Shown here: one piece after another, positions 10,297 to 18,928 of the stretch | Position numbering within the stretch: position 1 is the first letter of the stretch | How the letters are laid out: every line of letters starts with the position of its first letter | NCBI GenBank assembly: GCA_944363685.1 | Contig: CALVUV010000001.1 | Location: 1-40,296 of the forward strand | DNA length: 40,296 nucleotides | Direction: 5' to 3' | DNA from: an uncultured Bacilli bacterium | GTDB lineage: Bacteria > Bacillota_I > Bacilli_A > RF39 > UBA660 | Made by a program: the position numbers and the translations under genes | Notes under the pieces: generated by a model | The model's database searches: none | Seen by the model: only the letters and a program-made list of their open reading frames with translations | Told to the model about the DNA's origin: nothing

Positions 10297-10346
10297 GATT
10301 GTTACTCGAACTTTCTTCGAACAGTAATAAATATTAATTAGAAATA

Positions 10347-11687
10347 CTATCTAGTTTTTTTTAATACATATGGTCTTTCTTCATTATTTGGTTTTATTAA
10401 ATTTATAGCAGAGTATTCTCCTGCAAAAATTCTAAACATTGCACTACTAATAGTATCATCAAAAACTGTTTTCAGGCTTCTAGCACCACTTTTTAACGCA
10501 ACTGCTTTTTCTGCGATGTAATCGATAAAATCTTCATCGTATGAAAAATCTATATTCATAGATTCAAATAATAATCTATAAGTATTTAAAGGACTAAAGT
10601 TAGATTCTATTAAGATTTTCTTGATATCTTCTTTTGATAAAGAGTTCATAGCAACCATTTTCGAAAATCTCCCCATTAACTCTCGCATTATTCCATAATT
10701 TACAAAATCTGTTGGTGATACATTTGAGTAATCATCATTGTCTACTATTCCTGTAAATGCCCCTAGGGCAACAACTGAAAGTCTTGATGTATCAAATTTT
10801 TTATCTTCAAAATAAAATGTTGAACCATCTAATAATTTCAATAATGATCTTTGAACGCCAATTCTTGATATATGATCACGAGAATTATTATCTTTTTCTG
10901 CTAATTTATCAAATTCATCAATAACTAAAATACCTTTTTCTGCTTTTTCCATATCTTTTCCAGCAGCTAAATATAAATTTTCTAACATATCTTTAATATC
11001 TCTTCCAACATAACCTGTTTCAGAAAGAGATGTTGCATCTTCAATAACTATAGGGATTTTATATATATTAGCAATTCTTTTTAAAATTTCAGTTTTACCT
11101 GTTCCTGTAGAACCATACACAATAATATTTTCTTTTAATTTTGCTATCATATCAAGTCCAAGAGATAAATTTATAACTTTTTGATTTTTAAAAAGTGATG
11201 TTAATATTTGCATAATTTGTTCATCTTGTGAAATAATTGTTTTTTTAATCGCAGAATACATTTGAGATATATCAGTATTGTTATTTAAAATTGTATCATC
11301 ATACTCTTTAGCATTACCGCGTATTTTTTCTAACAATTCTTGATTAGTTATTCTTGTGAAAGTATTATTAAAATCAAGAGCATAATAGTCACCAATGTAT
11401 TCTCGATATTCACTTACAAATTTATCATAATTATATACATGATTATTTTCAGCACAAAGAACATCAAAAGTTTTAAAACCAGCACATTCATAAATAGAAT
11501 TAGAATCTAGTGTTTCTCCAGCTAATTTTCCGTTTAAAACAATAAAATTTCTTCCAGAGTTACCAAAATCGTACCAAAAACCAACACAAGGTTCCAATTT
11601 TTCATAATATATTTGCTTTTTTCCATCAACAATGCATTCTTTTTTTTCTAATACATCGGCTAAACCAACATAATCCATACCATTCAT
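10347..11687 (-). CDS. ClpX-like AAA+ unfoldase lacking the zinc-binding domain and IGF loop, with a novel roughly 170-aa N-terminal domain
   Basis: Walker A GSTGTGKT, pore loop GYVG, Walker B LVIDEFDK, the ClpX-like GVQRSLLKLLDG segment, and sensor-2 GARSLK. The ATG at 11687 is preceded by GAGGTGG. The track ORF extends to 11744. Confidence 0.8.
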   Translation of the reverse strand: MNGMDYVGLADVLEKKECIVDGKKQIYYEKLEPCVGFWYDFGNSGRNFIVLNGKLAGETLDSNSIYECAGFKTFDVLCAENNHVYNYDKFVSEYREYIGDYYALDFNNTFTRITNQELLEKIRGNAKEYDDTILNNNTDISQMYSAIKKTIISQDEQIMQILTSLFKNQKVINLSLGLDMIAKLKENIIVYGSTGTGKTEILKRIANIYKIPIVIEDATSLSETGYVGRDIKDMLENLYLAAGKDMEKAEKGILVIDEFDKLAEKDNNSRDHISRIGVQRSLLKLLDGSTFYFEDKKFDTSRLSVVALGAFTGIVDNDDYSNVSPTDFVNYGIMRELMGRFSKMVAMNSLSKEDIKKILIESNFSPLNTYRLLFESMNIDFSYDEDFIDYIAEKAVALKSGARSLKTVFDDTISSAMFRIFAGEYSAINLIKPNNEERPYVLKKTR

Positions 11688-11746
11688 ATATATTACCACC
11701 TCTACAAGTGGCTTTATTATAGCATAAAATAGTAAAAAATTCAATT

Positions 11747-12754
11747 TTATTTATTAAGATGTTTTTTCTTTTTATGAGATAAACTAACTACTTCTAAACC
11801 TAGTAATTCTATTTTATTAGACAAAAGCTCTTTGTTATTATCTATATCTTTTGATAAATCGGTAGATAGATATTTCTTTAAATCATCTGGAAATACAGTT
11901 ACTACATTCTTTCCACCACTTAACACGCTTGCTAAAAAGTTTGCCCCGGAAGAAATACCTACTCCAAGCCCTAATTTACTTGCTAAAATTCTACTCATAT
12001 TAATAGCATCCAAATCATTAATACTAATAACTTTATCTATCAAATTAAAGTCAACAAGTTTAGGAATAAACTCATCCCCTATTCCTTCAATCTTATGCAC
12101 ACCTATAATTTTCCCACCACTTAAAAGAGGCATTTTATCAGGCTCTAAAACAATAATTTTAATATTTTTATTATACTCTTTTAATCTTTTAGCAACTCCC
12201 ATTAAAGTTCCACCTGTTCCTATACCACTAACAAAGGTATCTATTTCATTAACCTCATTTAATATTTCTTTAGCAGTAGTTAGATAATGAGTTTCTATAT
12301 TTAATGTATTTTCAAATTGTCTTGGCAAAAATCCATTTATTTTAGAAGCAAATTCTTCACTTCTTTTAATCGCTTCCTTAAATCCTCCTTCTTCCTTACT
12401 AACTAAATATACATTAGCACCATAAAGTCTCATTATCTTTATTCTCTCTTCACTCACCCAATCAGGCATAAATATATGAACTGGATGAGAAAAATAAGCT
12501 CCTAATGCTGCAAAAGAAATACCTGTATTACCACTTGTCGCTTCTACAATTGCTTGGTTTTCTTTCAATATTTTTTCTTCCTTTGACTTTTCTATTATAT
12601 GATAAGCGAGACGATCTTTAATACTACCTGTATAATTGTAATACTCTAATTTAGCATAAATATAACCTTCCCTATCCTGATAACGATATTTTATCTTAAC
12701 CATTGGTGTATTACCAATTAAGTTATCTAAGTCATCAATATTTTTTCTAGACAT
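11747..12754 (-). CDS. cysteine synthase family PLP-dependent enzyme (CysK/CysM-like)
   Basis: PLP-lysine motif GSIKDR, the SGNTGIS loop and GIGTGGT. AGGAGG ribosome-binding site. Confidence 0.85.
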   Translation of the reverse strand: MSRKNIDDLDNLIGNTPMVKIKYRYQDREGYIYAKLEYYNYTGSIKDRLAYHIIEKSKEEKILKENQAIVEATSGNTGISFAALGAYFSHPVHIFMPDWVSEERIKIMRLYGANVYLVSKEEGGFKEAIKRSEEFASKINGFLPRQFENTLNIETHYLTTAKEILNEVNEIDTFVSGIGTGGTLMGVAKRLKEYNKNIKIIVLEPDKMPLLSGGKIIGVHKIEGIGDEFIPKLVDFNLIDKVISINDLDAINMSRILASKLGLGVGISSGANFLASVLSGGKNVVTVFPDDLKKYLSTDLSKDIDNNKELLSNKIELLGLEVVSLSHKKKKHLNK

Positions 12755-12812
12755 AAAAAACTCCTCCTATAATTATTTTATACTATAATCATGGAAAGTG
12801 CTAAAGTATATT

Positions 12813-12841
12813 TTGTCTAATATTATAAATTTTGATATAAT
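12813..12841 (+). promoter_or_regulatory. sigma-A type promoter (extended -10)
   Basis: TTGTCT (12813-12818), a 17-nt spacer ending in TGA, then TATAAT (12836-12841). Confidence 0.5.
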
Positions 12842-12871
12842 GAGATTAATTAAAAAGGCAGTGATAACAAT

Positions 12872-13615
12872 ATGAAAATAATTGATATTTGTGAAGGTTT
12901 TGCAGCTTGTGGCTGTTTAAAACATTATTACAAAAGCACTAACATAAACGACTATATAATTTTTCCACTTGGAATGAGTCTATCAATAGGAGATATAAAA
13001 AATAATCGTATTTATTTTTTAAGAAGATTTTATCAAGATTACAATTATGATTATACTGAGTTGTTAAATAAAATATTAAATAATATTACAAATGACACTA
13101 TAATTAGAATCTGGTCTTCTAAGAAAAATGATGATGAATATATGCTTTTACTATTTCTATGTAACTTTTTAAAAGATAAAATAAATAAAATTAATGTTGT
13201 CTTTGCTAATGATTATAATAAATTTTTATGTAGTATTAATGCTTTAGATTATAGAAAAATTAATGATGTACTAAAATATGAAAAAACTTTGTCTAAAGAT
13301 GAAATTAAAGCTTATGCTAAAGAGTGGAACGACTTAGTTGAAATCAATAGTGAATTAAGAGTGTTAGAAAACGAGAAAGTCAAAAATAAAAAATATTCTG
13401 ATTACTATGATATCATTTTAAATATTTTAAAAGAAATAGCACCTTGTAAAATATCAATCTTAATTGCAGAATGTATGGGAAAAGAAGTCCTTAATGATGC
13501 AGGTGATTTAGTTTATTTAACTTTAATAGACCAATTAATTAATTTAAAGAAAATTAAAATAGTAAAAAAAGGAACAAGACATTTTGTAGATACGATTGAT
13601 TTAAGTAAAAACTAA
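12872..13615 (+). CDS. DUF1835/DUF3658-like protein
   Basis: The N-terminus IIDICEGFAACGCLK, the IRIWSSKKNDDEYMLLLFL segment and LRVLENEKVKNKKYSDYYD follow the pattern I associate with DUF1835+DUF3658 proteins. Confidence 0.5.
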   Translation: MKIIDICEGFAACGCLKHYYKSTNINDYIIFPLGMSLSIGDIKNNRIYFLRRFYQDYNYDYTELLNKILNNITNDTIIRIWSSKKNDDEYMLLLFLCNFLKDKINKINVVFANDYNKFLCSINALDYRKINDVLKYEKTLSKDEIKAYAKEWNDLVEINSELRVLENEKVKNKKYSDYYDIILNILKEIAPCKISILIAECMGKEVLNDAGDLVYLTLIDQLINLKKIKIVKKGTRHFVDTIDLSKN

Positions 13616-13695
13616 AGTAAAGTAGACAAAGTTATGAATACAGAATATATAAACTATTAAGTAAAACAAATGAAGAAAGAAATTTAAATGATTCA

Positions 13696-14061
13696 TTGTT
13701 AAAAAATCTATACCAATATTATGAAAAAAATATTAGTAAAGATGATTTTAATAAAATATTTAATACAGTATATGACGTCTTAAAACTAAAAATAAATGAT
13801 GATGAAATTCAAAAAGCAATGATTAATTATTTAAGTCTTTTAATAGCAGATGATAGGGATGGATTTAATGTAGATATTAATTGGTGCATTAAATTCATTT
13901 GGTATTTATGCGCTGGTATTCCATCAAAAGAGATGAGATCAAAATATAAAGACTGTATTTCTTTTATCCAACAAAAATTATTAAAAGAATTTAGTATTAA
14001 AGAAACTATTGATGAAAAAGTTAAAAGAAAAGTATTTACTAGTTATATGACTAATATCTAA
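13696..14061 (+). CDS. hypothetical protein (121 aa)
   Basis: ORF with a TTG start and no ATG upstream in frame, so the start is uncertain. A terminator follows. Confidence 0.4.
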   Translation: MLKNLYQYYEKNISKDDFNKIFNTVYDVLKLKINDDEIQKAMINYLSLLIADDRDGFNVDINWCIKFIWYLCAGIPSKEMRSKYKDCISFIQQKLLKEFSIKETIDEKVKRKVFTSYMTNI

Positions 14062-14071
14062 TAAATAGAAA

Positions 14072-14104
14072 AACTACTCTCCAAACTTGAAAGTAGTTCT
14101 TTTT
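14072..14104 (+). terminator. rho-independent terminator
   Basis: Stem AACTACT / AGTAGTT followed by CTTTTT. Confidence 0.55.
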
Positions 14105-14171
14105 AAAAGTATCTTTACATATATAAATAAAGTCAATGATTTGAGTAAATTTGCTCTTAATCAATAATAAC

Positions 14172-14200
14172 TTGATTTTTCTCTAAAAAAAGCGTAATAT
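14172..14200 (+). promoter_or_regulatory. sigma-A type promoter for the radical SAM operon
   Basis: TTGATT (14172-14177), a 17-nt spacer, then TAATAT (14195-14200). Confidence 0.45.
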
Positions 14201-14225
14201 AACAAACAAATTAAGGGGGATTTTA

Positions 14226-14981
14226 ATGAAATTATATTATTCTAGATTACAAATCGAATTAACAAGAAGATGCAATCAAAGTTGTGCTCACTGTTGTAGA
14301 GGAGAGGCACAAAATATAGATTTAACTAAAGCGATTGTAGACACATTTTTTGAGAAAAATGATATATATTGTATAAGTAATTTACTTTTTTCAGGTGGAG
14401 AACCTACCTTAAATGGTGAAATGCTTGAATATTTTATTGATAAAATTATAGAAAAAGATATCATAGTTTATAGTTTCATGCTTAGTATCAATGGTTTATC
14501 TTATAGTAAAGAATTAATAAATGGACTAAATAAATTACGAGATTATATTATATTAAAAAGCAATAGTGAAGGATATTATCCTGGTATTCTTATGATTTCT
14601 CAAGATCAATTTCATAAAGAAGCAAATCAAGAAGTAATAGAAAAGTTAAAAGACTTACCCTACTTTTCACCGATTGATAAACATATTATAAAAGAAAAAA
14701 ACATTTTACCATATGGTAGAGCATTAGAAAATGGTTTAAGTAAACAACAACCTGATTTAAGTAATTTAACAAACTATCAAAAAAGCTATAAAATAAAAGA
14801 ATATGAAGGTACTACTTATCTAGTAATAGACTATCAATATATATCTGCTAATGGCAATATTATAAATAATGGCTGTGAGTCTTATGATTTAATGGATGAA
14901 TATGCTTTAGGCAATGTACAAGATCAATCGATTGAAGAAATTCATCTTAAAAACCAAGTAAAAAAATTAACATTAAAATAA
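14226..14981 (+). CDS. radical SAM enzyme, minimal (251 aa), with no obvious SPASM or other auxiliary-cluster domain
   Basis: CNQSCAHC matches the CxxxCxxC motif near the N-terminus, and FSGGEPTL is the SAM-binding GGE motif. AAGGGGG ribosome-binding site. Confidence 0.8.
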   Translation: MKLYYSRLQIELTRRCNQSCAHCCRGEAQNIDLTKAIVDTFFEKNDIYCISNLLFSGGEPTLNGEMLEYFIDKIIEKDIIVYSFMLSINGLSYSKELINGLNKLRDYIILKSNSEGYYPGILMISQDQFHKEANQEVIEKLKDLPYFSPIDKHIIKEKNILPYGRALENGLSKQQPDLSNLTNYQKSYKIKEYEGTTYLVIDYQYISANGNIINNGCESYDLMDEYALGNVQDQSIEEIHLKNQVKKLTLK

Positions 14982-15010
14982 AAAACATATTCAATTAAGG
15001 AAGTGATTCA

Positions 15011-16294
15011 ATGTATAAATATTTTCATGAATTAGAAAACTTAAAATCTTTTAAAACTTATTTAATTAGAAAATCTTTTGACAAAGAACAAGACTTATCA
15101 ATGAAAAACATATTTTTTTCTGATAGTCTATTAAAAAAATTAAGTGAGTTATTTCCTAAAATAAACATAGTAGATAAATTGATAATCGCCCTTAATGAGG
15201 AATTAATAACAAATACACCAACATATAATTTATTACCATATGATACTTGGTTTAATATGGAATGTTTTTTTTATGATAAAGATGAATATTATTTAGAATC
15301 AAATCATTATTTGAGAGAAAAAATAGATTTAACATCTTGGAATTTACAATATACATTAGAAAAAATATCTAAAATGATTAGTTATTTAATTAACTTTTAT
15401 CCAAATTATAAAGAATTTCTATTGAATACACAAAAAGAAATAAAAATAATATTAAATGAATTTTCAATAAAAACAACAATAAAAATTTCTCCTAAAAGTG
15501 ATGGAGAAACAGTTAATTGGCCAAATGCATGGTATATAACTCCTAATGGATATTTATATAATACAGGCTTAGGACATCAAACAGGAAATCTAATTTATTC
15601 TTTTTATTATGTAATATGTGATTTTTTAAAGCATAATAAAAATATACTTAATATAAGCTATTATAGCAAGATTAATAATATATTAAAACGAGGATATATT
15701 ACTTATGGTGAATTTCAAAATTACTCACATTTAACATATAATCTACCAACTATTATTACTCCTGAAGTAGAACATGATATTGTACGTTATAAAAACATAT
15801 TAAAAATGAATGATAAAGAATATAATAAAGCAAAAAATGACCCAGAATTTAAATGGCCAGAACCTGAAAGAAGTTATCAAAAAAATCTTATTACATTAAT
15901 TATTGGCCATTTAGCTGCAGAAACATCATTATATTCTTCATTCATCAAATTGAATGAGTCCCTCTACAAAAACAAGTTAATTGCACAATTAAATACCCTA
16001 GCCATGAATGATTTAAAAGATATATTAATTAGATTTTCTGGATTTCACAAAATTGAATCTACAGTTAAAAATACTATTACTACTTGTTCTTTAAATGGAA
16101 TAACAGAATTTTCTGAATATTTAGAAAAAGGATGGAATTTGCATATAATTCCAGGAATTATATATGATAAAAATTTAGATAAATTAGTTGAAATTGATTT
16201 TAATGAATATTTCATTAGTAAACATTTAGATAATGAAATAGAAAACTATGAAGGAAAAGGTAAAATTTTAATTAAAGATAAATGGATAAATTAA
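15011..16294 (+). CDS. hypothetical protein (427 aa), co-operonic with the radical SAM gene
   Basis: AAGGAAGTG ribosome-binding site, 29 nt after the radical SAM stop codon. No recognizable motif. Confidence 0.6.
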   Translation: MYKYFHELENLKSFKTYLIRKSFDKEQDLSMKNIFFSDSLLKKLSELFPKINIVDKLIIALNEELITNTPTYNLLPYDTWFNMECFFYDKDEYYLESNHYLREKIDLTSWNLQYTLEKISKMISYLINFYPNYKEFLLNTQKEIKIILNEFSIKTTIKISPKSDGETVNWPNAWYITPNGYLYNTGLGHQTGNLIYSFYYVICDFLKHNKNILNISYYSKINNILKRGYITYGEFQNYSHLTYNLPTIITPEVEHDIVRYKNILKMNDKEYNKAKNDPEFKWPEPERSYQKNLITLIIGHLAAETSLYSSFIKLNESLYKNKLIAQLNTLAMNDLKDILIRFSGFHKIESTVKNTITTCSLNGITEFSEYLEKGWNLHIIPGIIYDKNLDKLVEIDFNEYFISKHLDNEIENYEGKGKILIKDKWIN

Positions 16295-17232
16295 ACTCTA
16301 TTCTTCCAATTACCATCTAAAAAGGAAAATAAATTATCAAAAACAATATCTGCTCTTTTCTCCATAGACTCTAAAGAAGAAAATCCCATATGAGGCGTTA
16401 AAATAACATTTTTTGCTTTTAAAAGAGGATAATCTTTATCAAGTGGTGGTTCTTTATCATAAACATCTATCGCAGCACCTCTAATAATATTATTATTTAA
16501 AGCTAAAACTAAATCATCAGTATTAACAATTGCACCTCTTGCAGTATTAATTAAAATAGCACTATTCTTCATAAGAGATAACTCATCTTTACCTATCATA
16601 CCTTTAGTATCATCTGTTAAAGGACAATGTAATGATACAATATCAGATTCTTTTAATAATTCATCTAATTCAACTTGTTCATCAATAAACTCTTCTTTTA
16701 CAATACTTCTATTATAAACAATTACTCTACATCCAAATACTTTACAAAGATAAGCAACACGTCTACCAATCTTCCCTGCTCCAATTATACCAACAGTTTT
16801 ACCACGTAATAAATTACCAACAAATCCTTCTTTAGTACCACCATTTCTAAGACTTTCTTCATTTTCTTTTATATTACGAAGTAACTCTATCATAAAACTT
16901 ATACACAATTCAGAAACAGCATCAGTCGCATAATCTGAAGCATTACTAATATCAATTCCTCTAGTTTTAGCATAACTAACAGGAATATGATCAACACCTG
17001 TAAAAGCAACATCAATATATTTTAATTTGTTAGCATTCTCTATTACTCTTCTATCAAGTGGCATATTAGCAAGCATCAAAACATCTGCATCCTTAACTCT
17101 TTCAATTTGTCTATTAATATCTGAATCTTTTTTATAAGCTATAAAAGTATGTCCCATATCTTCTAACTTATCAATATATTTTTTTATATAATCATCACTT
17201 ACATTTAATTCTTCTAATAACACTATTTTCAA
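16291..17232 (-). CDS. D-isomer-specific 2-hydroxyacid dehydrogenase (PGDH/GyaR-like)
   Basis: NAD-binding motif GIIGAGKIGRRVA and the C-terminal LTPHMGFSS motif. The preferred TTG start at 17232 (MKIVLLEE) lies 9 nt after GGAG. The track ORF extends to 17247. Confidence 0.85.
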   Translation of the reverse strand: MKIVLLEELNVSDDYIKKYIDKLEDMGHTFIAYKKDSDINRQIERVKDADVLMLANMPLDRRVIENANKLKYIDVAFTGVDHIPVSYAKTRGIDISNASDYATDAVSELCISFMIELLRNIKENEESLRNGGTKEGFVGNLLRGKTVGIIGAGKIGRRVAYLCKVFGCRVIVYNRSIVKEEFIDEQVELDELLKESDIVSLHCPLTDDTKGMIGKDELSLMKNSAILINTARGAIVNTDDLVLALNNNIIRGAAIDVYDKEPPLDKDYPLLKAKNVILTPHMGFSSLESMEKRADIVFDNLFSFLDGNWKNRV

Positions 17233-17300
17233 TCTTATCATCTCCAAACATCATACTAATTATAACATTTTTTTAAAATAAATGTATAAATTTTATTTTT

Positions 17301-17392
17301 TTGATTAGTATAATAATGTACATATAATAATTATGTACAACACCAGGAAGTCTTACTACTGGTCTAAAGAGCTTAAAGCTCTTTTCTTTTTT
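17301..17392 (+). promoter_or_regulatory. orphan promoter plus intrinsic terminator (short leader or small RNA) upstream of the surface-protein gene
   Basis: TTGATT (17301-17306), a 16-nt spacer, then TATAAT (17323-17328). A hairpin ACCAG..CTGGT follows, then terminator stem AAAGAGC / GCTCTTT (17366-17384) plus TCTTTTTT. No plus-strand ORF lies between them. Confidence 0.35.
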
Positions 17393-17473
17393 AAATTTCT
17401 CTCATAATTAGACAAATTTCATGCATATTTTAACTTAATATAACAGAAACTAATACTGGAAAGGAGGGAAATA

Positions 17474-18223
17474 ATGAAGAAAATCAGTAAATTTCTATTA
17501 CTATTCATTTTAACTATTACATTAAGTGCTACTTTAAATGTCAATGCTGCAACTAGTAAAACAGTAAATAACCAAGCTGAACTAAAAGAAGCTCTAAATG
17601 ATAGTAACATCTCAACTATTATTCTTGGAAGTAACATTGAAACAACAGAAAAGATTAATATAATGAGAGATGTTACTATTGATGGTAATAATAAAACAAT
17701 TAAGTACGTAGGAACATTTGGATCAAGTAGTAGTAATGATAATACTGTTTGGGGAGGAATTTATGTATTACAAGTTTATAAGAGTAATGTTACTTTAAAA
17801 AACATTAAACTAACTGGTGGTAATGCAGGACTTCTTATAAACGGTGGAAATGCTACTTTTGTAGGTAAAATTGATGTTTCTGGCAATGGATTTGGTGGTA
17901 TTGAATTAGGTAAAGGTAGCGGAGTTACAACTCCACCTAAACTAACAATAAGTGATAATGCAGAAATTATTAATACAACTGAAAAAGCTGATGCCCCTAC
18001 TTTATGGGTACCTGCAGATACAACTGATGCTGTTATAAAAATCGGTAATACTGAATTCGAATTAAATTCAGGAGAAGAACTAACTCTTGATGAAATAAAC
18101 AAACTTGAAGAATCTATTGAAAACCCAGAAACAAGTGATTCACTTATCTTAAACATATTATTCTTATCAATATTTGCTATTCTATCAAGTTATGCATTTA
18201 ATAAAATATTAAACAAAGAATAA
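17474..18223 (+). CDS. secreted cell-surface protein (beta-helix-like, G/N/T-rich) with an NPETS sortase-B-type sorting signal
   Basis: Signal peptide MKKISKFLLLFILTITLSATLNVNA. The C-terminus is NPETS (18122-18136), then a hydrophobic helix and the tail NKILNKE. GGAGGG ribosome-binding site. Confidence 0.7.
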   Translation: MKKISKFLLLFILTITLSATLNVNAATSKTVNNQAELKEALNDSNISTIILGSNIETTEKINIMRDVTIDGNNKTIKYVGTFGSSSSNDNTVWGGIYVLQVYKSNVTLKNIKLTGGNAGLLINGGNATFVGKIDVSGNGFGGIELGKGSGVTTPPKLTISDNAEIINTTEKADAPTLWVPADTTDAVIKIGNTEFELNSGEELTLDEINKLEESIENPETSDSLILNILFLSIFAILSSYAFNKILNKE

Positions 18224-18232
18224 AAGAGAAAC

Positions 18233-18928
18233 TTAGCTAGTTTCTTCTTTTTTTAACATCTTCGCATGTACTACTACTCTTTTACCAAAATTATTTTTAC
18301 AAGTAGAAAGAGTTAATATTTTATCACTTGTACTTACATTAGTACTAAAATTATAAATACTTCTTTTCATAACAGTCTCTAAAAACTCTTTAAAATACTT
18401 ATTATCACTAAAATATGTTTTAATATAATAACTTTCTTTATCAATAGTATAAACACTAAATATCTTAAATACCATTATCTTATCAGGAGTAGTAACTTCT
18501 ATATAATGATTATCTTCATTGCTTAACCAATCACTATCTAATAAATTATTTAAACTACCAAACATACTATTATCAAGTCTCCCGTGTCCATAAATAATAT
18601 TATTACGAGATAAATTCTCTAAATCATTACGATAATCTAAAAAAATAGAACCTATCTCATTTTCTTTTTTGTCATAGGAATGATTTAAATAAAAAGTATT
18701 ATCACTACCCTTTACAATTGGATAACTCACATTAGTATTATTTACCTTTATATAACCAACTATATCAGAATTTATTTTTAATAACTCATCAAAATTATAG
18801 TTTTCAATCCTTTCTTTAAATTCCAAATCTTTTTTATAACTATCTAAATAACTAGTAACATTATAACTAAGAATTAAAAGAATAATAGATGAGATTATTA
18901 AAACTAAATACCATTTTCTTTTTTTCAA
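18233..18928 (-). CDS. srtB: class B sortase
   Basis: N-terminal TM anchor, YGHG, and the catalytic TLSTC motif. The SrtB-like N-region reads IVGYIKVNNTNVSYPIVKGSDNTFYLNH. The preferred TTG start at 18928 lies after GAGGTGA. The track ORF extends to 18937. Confidence 0.8.
   Translation of the reverse strand: MKKRKWYLVLIISSIILLILSYNVTSYLDSYKKDLEFKERIENYNFDELLKINSDIVGYIKVNNTNVSYPIVKGSDNTFYLNHSYDKKENEIGSIFLDYRNDLENLSRNNIIYGHGRLDNSMFGSLNNLLDSDWLSNEDNHYIEVTTPDKIMVFKIFSVYTIDKESYYIKTYFSDNKYFKEFLETVMKRSIYNFSTNVSTSDKILTLSTCKNNFGKRVVVHAKMLKKEETS

Noticed and set aside
10297-10330. Imperfect inverted repeat TTACTCGAA..TTCGAACAGTAA after the clpX-like stop codon, and its CGAACTTT match to the sequence downstream of tRNA-Thr.
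   Set aside because: It is most simply a weak terminator for the clpX-like gene. The 8-nt match is too short to support extending the att-like repeat on its own.
14226-14981. The radical SAM protein, considered as a prokaryotic viperin or as a RiPP maturase.
   Set aside because: It is shorter than viperin-like enzymes and I see no viperin-like conserved segments beyond the generic CxxxCxxC and GGE motifs. It has no SPASM/twitch Cys cluster, and no small precursor ORF or transporter/protease is nearby. It is therefore left as unclassified.
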